Assembly (NCBI GenBank): GCA_951406725.2
Contig: OX597816.1
Coordinates: 142,352,001 to 142,416,000, forward strand
Length of the DNA: 64,000 bases
Origin: Octopus vulgaris
Taxonomy: Eukaryota
Reading direction: 5' to 3'
Part shown: positions 27,743-40,898 of the stretch, one piece after another
How the letters are laid out: every line of letters begins with the position of its first letter
Numbering within the stretch: position 1 is the stretch's first letter
The notes under the pieces: generated by a model
The model's database searches: none
What the model was told of the DNA's origin: nothing
Seen by the model: only the letters and a program-made list of their open reading frames with translations
Translations under genes and position numbers: made by a program

Positions 27743-28487
27743 TTTCAAGATATTTACCTAATTACAAGCTAAAAATGGGCAAAAATAATTGTTGGATACA
27801 ACCTGAGGTCATATATTGTTCCCTTCACTTAAATACTGCCCTATTTATTAAGTGACATTATTAGCAAGCAAATAATTCCAAATATATTTAGTTTCCATTT
27901 TAGGATATTTTTTTGTTTTCATTTATTTTTATTTTTATTTTTTGCCACTTTAACCTTTCTTTCCTTTTTGCTAAATGTATCTATTTTCATTCTTGTTGAT
28001 AAACTGAGAAACATAGAACTGTTCAAATCTGCTGCAATCATTGATTTTATGATTCCCTTCATTTCACTTCTCATTATATATTCATTTCAAACTATTTATT
28101 TTTCTAAGGTTTCTCTCCACACATTTTTCTAATGTGTATGTAATATATATATGTGTGGATAATATATAGATGTGTCTGTGTGCATGTAATGCTTGCTTGC
28201 TTGCTTGCTTGCTTTTATGTATTTTTCCATTTTAGCAAGGGGCAGACAAATATGTGTTGAGTAAGTACTATTTTACAGTTGGATGCCCTTTTTGTTGCTG
28301 ACCTTTGCCTGTTTATCAAATAAAGAACCTTCCATTCCATTTACCTTTCAAAGTACAGAACTCCCAAATAGATTTGTTGAAGGAAAATCTCAACAAATGT
28401 CACTGTCCAGAGCTCAGCAATTACTATGTAAAGCACACAAAGTAAACATTCACATAGACACACATGCCCATTCTTTTATATATAAGA

Positions 28488-28719
28488 TGGGCTCTGTACA
28501 ATTTCTGTCAACCATATTAACTCACAAGGCAAGGATCTTTTGTAGTAAAAGATACTTACCTACTTACAGCGGGACTGAATCCAAAACCATGTGGTTGTGC
28601 ACACACATACATACAAACAAACAAACAAGTACTGGAGTTGATTCATTCGACTAAAGATTCTTCAAAGCAGTGCCCCTGTATGACTGCAGTCTAATGACTA
28701 AGACAAGTAAAAGAATATA

Positions 28720-28781
<62 letters not shown>

Positions 28782-28970
28782 GGCATGTATGTGTGGTTAA
28801 GAAGTTCATTTCCCAACCACATGACTTCATGTTCAGCCCCATCATGCAGCACTTGGGTAAGTGTCTCTTACTATAGCTCTAGCGACAGAAAAGGCATTTG
28901 GTTGTATACTTTAGTAATATATACATCTCACTCATCCTAGCAGGGGAAAAATGGACATAAAAATGAATAA
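28488..28970. mobile_element. Cluster of family A SINE pieces (minus-strand head ~28488-28600, plus-strand tail 28628-28718, plus-strand head 28781-28880) around a TA tract
   Basis: GGGACTGAATCCAAAACCATGTGG; GATTCATTCGACTAAAG...AAAAGAATA; TTCCCAACCACATG...GTGTCTCTTACTATAGC. Confidence 0.75.
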
Positions 28971-28986
28971 ACGAACATATATATAT

Positions 28987-29247
28987 ATTCTGTAAATAAT
29001 AATGGTAATAATTATAAGCTTATAAGCAATCACCCTGTCATTACTAAAGAAATATTACTAATATTAGGGCACAATCCCTCAGGAAAAAGTGGGTATTCGT
29101 ACAAATGGAAACTAGTACCCATGCATATTAATACCCACTTTTTTCTGTTGAGGGCTTATATGCCACAATATTAGACTATTTACTTTAGTAAATACAGTGA
29201 TTGCTTATATACTTCCAGCTTACAATTAGTATTATTATTTACAGAAT
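28987..29247. repeat. ~260 bp imperfect palindrome (foldback/MITE-like)
   Basis: ATTCTGTAAATAATAAT...AAAAAGTGGGTATT / AATACCCACTTTTT...ATTATTATTTACAGAAT, centred near ACTAGT (29111-29116). Confidence 0.9.
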
Positions 29248-29290
29248 TTTCATTTGTCATTGCTTCCCCATTTAATGCATACCTATATAC

Positions 29291-29481
29291 TGACTCATGT
29301 ATGGAACACATACATTCTGAATAACAATTTAATATTCACTGCCATTTGTCAGTTTTTACAAGTATTGATGCATACAGGGGAAAACATGCATTAAACTTGC
29401 AAAAGCTGATGAATAACAGTGAGTGTTGAATCAAGTTTGGAAACTCAGAGTACTCAATGTGAGTGTTCCATCCCTGTGTCA
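29291..29481. repeat. ~190 bp imperfect palindrome
   Basis: TGACTCATGTATGGAACAC / GTGTTCCATCCCTGTGTCA outer arms; ~45 bp inner stem closed by ATGCAT-12 nt-ATGCAT. Confidence 0.85.
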
Positions 29482-31105
29482 TTTAATGAATTTAGTCCTC
29501 TATTTCCAGCAGTATTGAGGTCTACTTTTGCTGTTACACATGTGGGTTGTTGGTATATGTTTTTAGTTGTACAAGCAAGAAAATAAAAAACACTCAAATG
29601 CATGTGAAGTTTAAATTATTCAAAGCAGAAGTTTCATTAAACTGCTCCTGTGAGTTTCCCTATTGCATGATGCAGTGAGTTTGTATTTGTGTGTACATAT
29701 ATACTTGTACACACAGACACACATTTCATTCCGTATCTTGCAAGTGATTCTCAGTGGAACTACAAAATATACACTGGAATTTGAACCTGCAATCTGTGTT
29801 GATTGATCTGTAATGCTGGGAAAAAGTGTACACACTAACTGTGAACACTGTCAATATTGTGCCAAAGTTTGAGTAATGATTTACTGGAAATGACAAATTT
29901 TTAATTCCTTTATATTTTGCTAGAGTCAGATTTTAATATTGACTTCAGTTTTATGGTAATGTTTATATTTCCAATAACAAAATTTTAATTGCTTCTTACA
30001 CTTATGAGAATTGACCGAATTGAAGACATTACTATATTTCATTTTCATATTGAAGTAGATACACTTATTATTTAGGTTAACGATATAAACACACATGTAA
30101 AGAGAGAGAAAAAGAGAGAGAGATGTGTGCATTGTTTTATATACAATAGTTTAATGGGGATGGAGTATATATTGTTAATTTCTTTCTTCACTTTATATTT
30201 ATCTGTTTAAAGATTTCTGCTAGAAAATGTAAAAACTATTTGGCAACATATTTTTGTTTTTCTTTATTTTCTCTCAACTTCTGCTTGTTTTAAGGTTTAT
30301 GTATTAGCAACTTTATAATCCTGAAGTATGAGGAGTGTGGATGGCCAAATTGTCAGGCTACTAGAAAACTGGGTGGGAAATCAATGGTTCATATTCTGTC
30401 ATCAATATTGTCTTGCTTGGGTTTAAATACTCAACTTTCAAATGATCTAGTTTCTCTAACTGTAAATAGGTTCCACAGAGTAGGAACAACTTACTATGAG
30501 CAGAAGCAGCAACACAGTAAAATTGACAACTGCTCTGCTCATTTACATTACGAAAGTTAAATCTTCTGTGGGCTTGAGAGGAGAATGCGATACCATACCA
30601 GCATAATCTAGGTCTCTATGTGAAGACCAATTAATTTGTTGCTTTCCAACAACCATCAGTTATAGCACTCTGATGATGACTACTGTTGTATGTACAAATA
30701 CAGACTGTTGTCAGTCTCTGTTGTGTGTCTATTGTTCTAGGTAGAGTGTACCTGCATCAATTGTAGGACTGTAGGTATTCAATATCACATCAATGTTATA
30801 ATACCTAATTCATTAAAATTATTAACACATTAAATTAGCCTCATTTTTGATATTTTCAGTGTCATTAATCATAATACATTTATCATAACTACAATAATAC
30901 TTTTATCATAACTTCTAATTTTTTTGATAAAAGTAAATGAGTATTCTATTGTACATGTTTTCTTTTTTTCATAACTGTATACCTACATATATATATATCA
31001 CTATCAACTAGACTATTGGATGTTGTTATGTACCGCTGGTCACAATATGCTTCCTCGCATTGTTCTAGCTTTTGAATGATGCTATCCCAGTAGTTGGTGG
31101 GCAGA

Positions 31106-31156
<51 letters not shown>

Positions 31157-31449
31157 TCTCACACACACACACACACACACACTGTCTGTTAATAGGAAGT
31201 GCAATGTGCTGGATATCATTGGTTTCTCTCTTTTTTTTCCATTGTTCTGTTTCCTTTTGTGTGCCCGTATGTTCAGGTGGTGATTTTACAACAGAGGTAA
31301 GCAATTAAGATGGATTGAATTAGAATACAACAATTTCTGTTCCACTACACTTATCATTTGTAGTTTAATGGGATGCACATCAGCAATGTCTGAAGATAAA
31401 CATTACTGTTTCTGCTGTTTAAATTGTTCTTTTTTTTTTTTTTAATGAG

Positions 31450-32100
31450 TAGAAGATAAAGTGGTTGTAAGATCGACTTGTAGTAGTTCTGTCATGTTGT
31501 AGATAGATGTGTAACTATTTTAGGGTGATTTTTGCATACAGTAGTAAGGCATATAATGGTTACAGTTAGCTATGGAAATTAAGTGTATTTCCTTGATGCC
31601 AAAGAGGTCTTTTATTTTGAGTGTTTTTGTTTTATTATGCGAGTAGTCTATGGGTGTTGTGCATATATACAGCCCGAAGTGATGTACTCTGTTATGTTCT
31701 TTGTCAGTAGTTCTGGTGTAATTCATGATATGACAGGTTTTATGTATTATTTACACACTTATGTTGTCTCTTTGCGTTGGCCAAATGTTGTTGTCTGAGC
31801 ATCCTAAGTGTTGTTTTGTTTCTTTCTTGATTGTATCTGTTCAGTGTGATGTGAATGTTGTTGAGATATTATATGTAATTCTTAGTATTTTGTTCATTAT
31901 GCATGGTATGATTATGTTAAGTGTGATGGTTGGTTATATTTGATATTCTTTGTTGTCGTTGATAGTAGTGAATTTATTAGATGCTGCTTTAGTTTATTTC
32001 TTTGTAACCAGGTTTCTAAGTGGATATGTATTGTTGTGTTCATCAAATTGTAGTAAAGTGTAATTGTGATGTTATCTGTGTGTGAGGCTATCTTTACAGT
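31450..32100 (-). mobile_element. Possible highly degraded Penelope-like (GIY-YIG) remnant
   Basis: Minus strand is A/C-rich and gives KETKQHLGCSDNN followed, across frameshifts, by QRK..QHK, weakly like the YIG..R..H motif. Confidence 0.25.
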
Positions 32101-32147
32101 TTATAGAGTGGATTTATTAGATGAAAACTGAAAGTCGTGTTATATAT

Positions 32148-32480
32148 ATGGTTTAGTGGTTAGAGCATTGGGCTCACAAGCATGAGGTAGTGAGTTTGAT
32201 TCCTGGACCAGGCTGTGTGTTTGTGTTCTTGAGCAAGATGCTTTATTTCATGTTGTTCCAGTTCACACAGCTGTAGAAATGAGCTGTGATGTCACTGGTG
32301 CCAAGCTGTATCAGCCTTTGCCTTTCACTTGGATAACATCAGTGACATGGAGAGGGGAGGCTGGTATGCATGCATGGGAGACTGCTGGTCTTCCATAAAC
32401 AACCTTGTCTAGGCTTATGCTTTGGAGGGTAAGTTTCTCGGTGCAATCCCATGGTCATACATGACCAAAGGGGGTCTTTA
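32148..32480 (+). mobile_element. tRNA-derived SINE (family C)
   Basis: GGTTTAGTGGTTAGAGC A-box, GAGTTTGATTCC B-box, GTGTTCTTGAGCAAG core-like motif. Confidence 0.8.
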
Positions 32481-32835
32481 AATATATATATATACACACA
32501 TACACACACACATGTAGTGGGTGATGTGTGTGTGTGTGTCCCATTGTCTCTATATCATGGTTGTGAACCAGTGTTGTTCATTTGCAGCCTTCCAAGAAGG
32601 TGATGCCCCTGCATGACTGCAGTCATAGGACTGAAAATAGTAATAGAGTCTCATGAAGGCAATGACAAGTGACCGAGACTTTTGGTTATTTACTGTGCTT
32701 TAGAAAACACATCAAGCTAAGTGAAGACGTTTTGGCCAGTGTCAGTGACACATGAAAGGCATCCATGCCAGTGACACATAAAAGACACCTGGTACACTTT
32801 GTGGAATGGTTGACATTAGGATGATGATGATGAGT

Positions 32836-32879
<44 letters not shown>

Positions 32880-35800
32880 TTATACATAAGCATCCACTAC
32901 ATGGTATGTTTGATAAGGTGCTTGATATTTTTGGTATGAAATTATAAAGCTTGTTTATTGGTTAGCAACATCTTTTCCCGCATGATAGCTGATTCTTAGT
33001 TGAAAGAAGAATTACGTCAGTGCCTGCTGAAAAGAAGATTTTTTCCATGGAAGAACTTAACAAGATTCATACGATTCTCTTCATTCTTTTACATTTATAT
33101 AACTATAAGAAAATATATTGATATATTTAGTTAGATCCTTTTATGTTCTGAGTTTAATTCTTACTCAGGTTGACTTTGGTAAATGTAAGAAAATATATTA
33201 TTACATTAATGTAACTATCATAAGAAACTTGTAAAATATATTTCTAGTCATTTCTGTAAAACATATTGTCTATGTTTATACAACTCATCATTCAACCACA
33301 AAAGTTTGTAACTTTCTTTGCCCTTGTAAATAATAAATTAATGTCATGGCTTACTTTTTTCAAAACCTTTTCTTCTATACTTAATGTTATTATCAATTTG
33401 TTTTCTGTTAGACTTCATTTTTTTTTTTTTTTTGTTTAAGCTCATGATATATTTTGTTTGTTTTCATTTATATCTCCTCTCCAACATGTTTCTTCATCAC
33501 GTTCTGAGCAATTTATATGCTCTCGGCAGTTTATACCATTAAAACTTCCACTAACAGAAACTAATCAAAGCTCAAAAATAATTTGGCATTTGCTTTCTTT
33601 CTTTTTTCTTTAATTGCTACAGTTACTGACACAGTGAGGAATTTTTAGCTATTTGTTAAAAAATAAATAGATAGGTTATTTTTATATACAATTTCAAAAA
33701 TAATTAACTGCTAAAAGTTCCTCTCTATATTTTATTATTCCTAAAGACTATAAAACGAGCAAATCTTCCTTCCATAAAATTTATTTTAATTAACATTTAA
33801 CTGAATATAAATGAATGCATCTTTACATCTCACAGCATCCTTTGGGATTTTTCATTTGAAATATTCATTTGGAGCAAAAGTTTTAATATCTTTTATTTTG
33901 CTTTTAAATCTTTTTAATGTATCAAACTGATTGTTAATCCTAATGGCCTTATCCTTCATAATAAAAAATGTGAATTTTACTTCAGTAATCCTTCTACTGA
34001 AGATAAAACCACATTTAAAACTTTAAGTACCTTCACTGATGAATATAATATTTTTCATCTGATAAAAACAAGCCAAGGAAAATTTAAAATGAGATTTATT
34101 TAATTGTTGGTTAGCCTTAATTAATTGAACTGGTCCAATGGTCTGTGTTTTCCATTGAAGTTATGATGTGGATAGCATAAAGTTAGTAAAATCAATATTT
34201 AGTTATAGTTATTTTAGATTTCAATTTCAATTGGTATTGAACACTTTCTTTTGATTGAAAAACTACATTTATGTGAATGTTGGCCTGGATAATGTTGAAT
34301 TTTGATTTATTAATGTTGCTTTTGTAGTTTATATTCACCTCTCTGTACATTTTGTATCAATGTATGTGGCAGATGTGGAGGATGAGATGTTGTGAGACAC
34401 ATTCCACCATGGAAGAATAGATGTATTTCTTTTTTTAATTATCTAATCAGGATAGTCAGTGTCAGTGGACTTTTTCAGAACTTCTAAAATTCATGGGAGG
34501 AAGGCAGTCTAAAACTGGAAACCTCACTTAATATTTAAGGGTCAGAAATGATAAATAACTCCAAATGAGAGCTGACACACAATAGAATAGATTCTTTAGT
34601 TCCCCATGCTCAGAACAACCTCTCTGATGCTGATGACATGTTAAAATGCACCTAGTAAGTTCCGTAAGGAGATTAGTGATAGGAAGGACATCTAACCGTA
34701 GAAATTATGTCTAAAAAATAAAGCAGACAAACAAAACATTGACACTTCAAGCTATCTCATAAGGCTACCCATCTAGAAGGGTATTAACTCTGAATATAAG
34801 CACTGATTTTTAGTAAAAGGGCCCGTTTAGTCCACCCACATGAGATCATATCTCTAGTGTTAGTGATATGATAAAATGCACTGATTAGATACTGGAAGAC
34901 GTACACAACAACAAAGTAGGCCAGCTTTCTCTTGTTTGTATGCAAGATGACACAAACTGGTATGACTGGCAAGATCCATCTCAGCCATGCCAGCATGGTA
35001 AGATGTATGTGCAATGATAATGGGGATCATGGGAGGTGCAACTTTAAACAGAAAAATATTGGTTGTGATAGGAATTCCAGAAGGTTGTATCAAAGGAACA
35101 TCCTTTCTTTCAGTTATAGTGTATTTAAACCCACATTATTTCATATGCCCTATTTTTTAAATGGTGAATTGTGGGAGATTTGGTTGGTATGTCTACATGG
35201 GAGATTTGGCTAGTATTTCTTTCATTAGCTCATAAGTATATGCACTGAGTGGAAGTGAAACAGAGAAACAATCAATAGAAGAAAAATAGATACTCTTTTA
35301 AATAGGAACTTAGTTCTGTGATATGTCAGGAGTTAGATATTGTAACCAATATTTGTTGGTTAAGTTAGTTTTCTATATATTTTTGTAACTGACTTTGGGG
35401 AGTTTAATAGAGGGAAAATCAAAAGCTAGAGATATTTTGAGAAAGATATGGTAATTATTATATCTAGCCTTGGCACAAAGCCTAAAATTTGGAGAATGGG
35501 AGGAGATAGTTGATTATGTCAACCTCAGTACTTGATTGGTATTCTATTTTATTAACCACAAAAAGATGAGAGGCAGTTGTGGAGATGTTTTATTTCTAGA
35601 TAAATATACTCAAGTCTATGGCAAGCAAATATAGAAAACCCAAATGAAGACAATGTTCTCATGTTCAAAGGTCTAAACATGCTTGAAGTAAAATTTTCAA
35701 TTAAGTTTAAAATTAATGATTTGTTAAGTTGGTTTCTGAAACATACTTCAACCTACAGAGACTGAAAAGATTAGCTGTGAGCTGGGAAGAAACCTATTCA

Positions 35801-36463
35801 TATTCAATAATATTCCATGATAATGCACCATTATGAAATTAATATGGCTTCAACAAAATTATGTTAATCCAATAGTTTTGTTTACATTTGTTGCTTCAGT
35901 CAAGCTCTATTGTTTAGACTATTGTTATTATACCACCAGAGTCTACATATTTGATTTTATTTATTAGACTGATATTCTAGGGATTTGGTCTTATACTTTT
36001 GCTATTTACTATACCAATACAAATAATCTCTGCTTAGCTGATTTTGAGGAATACTTTTTTCCTAATATACTTATTTGATCTATACAAGTAACTTTTAGTA
36101 AGCTCAGTTCTCGTGATTCTTTTTAACTTGTTTTATGTATTGGCCTTGTATAAGAATTTGATTTCTTTTTGATAAATTCTACAAAGGAAAAATCCAGTGT
36201 TTGGAAGTGTGTGTGTGATCGAAAAAATAAAATAGACTGACAAAGACTCTTGAAAATGTAAAATCCAAATATTCTGTTTTTCAAACCTTTTGACTTACAT
36301 TTTCTTTTGAAGATTCAATAAGCAAATGTTGGTAATTTCTTCTTTTCTTTTTTATCCAAATATATTTAGTCATTTTCTCTGTGATTATTGAATTGATTCT
36401 ACTTCAACTTTCCAAAAAGAGGATAATGTGATGTTATAATTAGTTTTATCTACTTATCATCTG

Positions 36464-36495
<32 letters not shown>

Positions 36496-38917
36496 AGATT
36501 TAGATTTCTAATACACTTTTAGCAATTCCATTTTGGTGGTAAAAATTCCTCATTAGTATATTTTTGGTAACGTCAGTTTGCTATTATGAAATACATTATT
36601 TGATCAGTCATGTGCTTTTTATATCGATTGCATATTATTCCTAACTTTGCCATTAATTACACTGATTGTTGCTTAAATATTATGGTATGTATTTAGTGAA
36701 AACTTTATCAAATCTTGTGTCTTTACAGTTAATGCTTTTTTCTATAATTTTGTTTTAAATTTCTAATAATAAAGTTTTTGAATTTTAAAAGAGAATTTAT
36801 GCATGTGATTGTATTAGGTGTTAGAGAATGTGTTGCTACATAAGGTAAAACTTTTTTACTGCTGTTTGCTCAATATATCTATTTCTTCTAGTTTCAAAGA
36901 CTACATTGAAACTATTAATTTTTATTTCTATGCTGTTCTTTAATAAGAGTTGTCAAAGTAGCTTTTTTGTGTCTCTCCTACACATGCGTACACACAAACA
37001 CACAATAGAACTTATTTAATGTCAATCCTCTAGTTGTAAGTGTTGATTTCCATGAAGGTTTGCTTTTGTTCAGTCCACAATCAATAGATGTTATTGATCA
37101 AAGACCATTCAGAAAGCAACCATTGAATAGTCTGGCTTAAATCCAAAATAAGGTCCAATTAATTTCAACTACAAAAGGGTTAAGAATCTATTGAGGTCTC
37201 TGGATAGGTCAATAAAAGTCTAGTTAGTCAGATGCAGTTTCAATGTGAATGTGGCAAACATGCACTAGATTGCCAGTTCACTGATAGTGTGAGATTTATA
37301 TGATTGCGTCCAGTGCTTAATTTGCCAATAATGTTTAATGGGGCATAGCTAAATACAAATTCACTCAATGCTGTTAGAAATCAACAGTTGTCTATAAAAT
37401 TCTGACAAAACTTTATGAATAGTGTGTCCCCAACTTGATGTAAAGCTATTATGCTTACTCCATCCATCCACTGCTATATTTTTAAGTGTTGTTCTCCTAA
37501 TATCACTGATCTCTGTTCATTTCTTTAGATAAATATTAAAATATATATTCATTGATTGTTCAAAAGCATGACCTAAAAGCATTTACTTCATTCTAGATTA
37601 TAGTGGTAAGATTAAACATAATTTAGTGAGTAGACTGTGTATAAAATGTTAGCATTCCAAACGAAGTGAGAATTTTTATTGCATAAAACTTTCCCTTTTG
37701 ATGTACCAAATCTAAAAAGGATTTCTGAATAAATTTATTAATTTCAAAAGATGGGTATATAGATAAAGTTTATACTTCAATCAATTAAATTAAAACTAAA
37801 AGGTGTTTTCTGAAAAAATAAAATTAGAGTGCCTGATCTAAAAACAATCAAATTTTATGTAAAAAAAAAACAAACAAAACTACTAAGTGTATCTAGATTA
37901 TAGGATAATACAAGTTATAGCTTTCCTTTGCAGTGATCCATTCTGAATTATTGGTTTGTGACAATATAGTTGAGTGGGGTGGGGGTTAATATTATATAGT
38001 TATTTGTAATACAGGCTTTGGTTAAAATGATTTCTAATTTTAGCTGTGATATAAATATATATATATATACCTTTCTGATATCAATAAAAAAAAAACCCTT
38101 TTTGCTCCTATTATTATGTCAATGTGTTGTATATTATCTTGCCAATATTTATGCTCACACTGATATCCAACAGAGCTCAGAAATATGATTAAACACCCAA
38201 AACAAAACAACCTGACAGAAATTATGTTTCTAATAATAAATCTCATTAAAAGGTAATTTCTGGATGATTCACAAACCATTTTTCTTTCACCAAGCAACAT
38301 GACAGGTGACACAGCAAAATAATAGTGACTCTTTAGTAGTTTAGTTTCTTGTTTGACTATAACTTAGTTTTGTCAGTAGATTATTCTAAAGTGTGTGTTG
38401 TTTTATCATTGTGCATTTCTACTTCAGTTTTGGACAATATGTCAATTTCAGGAAACATGCATATTTGATTTATTTTCTATTGTAAATTAAAATATCATTT
38501 TGATTTTCTTAAAGGTTTCTCTATTTCATTATTGTTCTTAGATATATCAATGTTGTTGCTTTATAGCACAGATACTTTCCATTATATTTCGCCAATCTCA
38601 GCACAAATTGTCTACACATTCAAATCAGAATAATAACTGAAATAAAACAACTTAATGAACCATTCTTTTGTATTGTTTGCTGAAGAAGGACAGATCTTTT
38701 GTTTATCCATTCTAGTTTGTGAAGTAGAGATAACTAAAGTTGTTTATCTTCAGGTTTGTATTGAACATACCAATGGTCAAAAATAGTCCATATATGACCA
38801 TCCTTTATTTTGAAAGGAGTATTATGTATCTTGGACTACATTATCCAATATGTTCATCTATGTTAAGTACTTGGTTACTGAGGACAGCTAAACTTAACTA
38901 TTAAATAACAAAGCTAT

Positions 38918-38989
<72 letters not shown>

Positions 38990-40860
38990 TTTTTTCTTAA
39001 TTAGTTGAGATACAGGCTTATGACTTCCTTCTCATGAGATGTGTAGTTTTCAGTGTTGCAAGAAGATTTAAGTTTCAAGTGTACATGGCAAAGTATCCTG
39101 GAAGTTTTCATTCATAAGCTTGTGAAGGATTACCGAAAGATATTGAGGTTACCAATGAACAAGGTGATGGAGATCTGCAGAAAGAATGTCATCAATATAG
39201 GAATGACTTGTAGAATAATGTATATTATCCATAGGCACAGTAGAGTATATGTACTAATTCAAATCAAAATTATGGACCAACGGCCAATGAGGCAGCCATT
39301 TCACCTCATTCAGTATTAATATTATGAAATTTGTTCAACATATTTTTGGTATTCAAAGAAAGAAGGAAAATAACATTGTAAAATGAAGCAAAACAACAAA
39401 ATTTAAATCCTTATATTGACTTATGAATAACCAGACTGTGAGTCAGCAGATTCACACATATCTCAAATTGCAGAGAATATAAATAATTATTTTAATAGTC
39501 TTCCTTTCTTTGCTTTTTTTTTTTTTTTTTTTCTGCATCAATTTTCTATTCTAGCATGAGTTAGACAATAGTACAACTTTACATATCTATAAGTGTTCCT
39601 GGAGCAAATGATATACGGTTGTATCTCTACCCCCCCCCCTGCCAAATTCACCAGCCTTATGAAGTAACAGAAACAAGTTTTAAAAAAATCTAAGGAGATA
39701 ACTCTTAGTATGATGTGTAACTGATGAAGGATATTATTCTTCTAGAGAACTATTTCAATAAAGAAAGATGAAGAAAGCTTATAACATATATGATTTCTGA
39801 ACATATTATGATATAAGTAGCGGCTTGGTTGTATATTCTTTGAGGGATGAATTTTGGTCAGAGAGCGCAAAAGAGAAAGAGAGAGCAGTCATGAGGATTG
39901 TAATGGAATATAGATAAAGAGCACAAAAATTATAGTTTCAATTGATTTCTACAAGTTCCCAATGATGTTTATTGTTACTACACAACATAAAACTATCTTC
40001 AACTCGATGTCAACTTTGTGCCAGTCATGTGTTATATCATGTTTCATTAGTTCTGTAAGAAATTTTACAGCATTCTTTGTTATTCCACTTCACTAAAAAT
40101 TCTCCAGACCTCTGACCAAACATGACATAAGAAAAATAGAGGGGGAAAATAAAATAAAAAAACAATGCAAACATAATGACAAGGGAAGTATAACAGTATT
40201 AATTTATGTTTGTCTGCAAGTTTACTGACCAGGTTAAGCTGACATTTTTCATGGATTTAAATAGATCACTTAAAAACCAATGCAATTCTGTCTATGCTTC
40301 AAAAGCCCAAAGAAAGAAAGGCTTTATTGTCCCCTGCTGGCAGTTGTCTTCAAGTGACTAAATTGTTAAAATACTTGATTCTTTATGCTTGCTTGGTCTC
40401 CACTTAGCATTATTATAATTCAACAAAACAGTGTATTCAACTAGATGAAAAACAAGAGACATGCATGCCTGGTTACCTCTTTTTTGCATGCTATCTGCTT
40501 TCATGTGTTCTCTGCTCTGTTTTTCACTGCAAATTGTTGTTTTCAGATTCAGTCAACTAAAAATCATTTTTAAGCATAAGTATAAATATGAAAGAAAAAT
40601 GTTTTTAGTTTTTATATTATTATTATGATTGCTATACAAATGATCATAAAACATCCATATCTAGAATTGAACAATTTTGAAATCAATATTGTTAAAGTTA
40701 TGGATTTTATTTCTAAAAGAAGAAAAAAAAAAAGAATCGACCTTTGTAGAAATAAAATCACCGATAAATGTATTAAATGACTATTTTATGTAATAGTAAC
40801 AAGGAGAAAAGTATAGCATACAACTGCTTAGTCCATGTGAATGAATGTACCTATTGAATG

Positions 40861-40898
<38 letters not shown>

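Noticed and set aside
37232-37294. Cys-rich 57-nt candidate exon MQFQCECGKHALDCQFTDS with GTGAGA donor
   Set aside because: No pyrimidine tract, wrong phase and no family similarity.
39053-39319. ORF after a TTTTCAG acceptor, in phase with the Nrx-IV exon (VLQEDLSFKC...)
   Set aside because: Lacks the expected E..CG and linker similarity, has no convincing donor, and runs into a stop.
39719-39765. CTGATGA hammerhead core
   Set aside because: No GAAA after a stem II; at most a decayed remnant. The same holds for CTGATGA at ~7940, ~30670 and ~34036.
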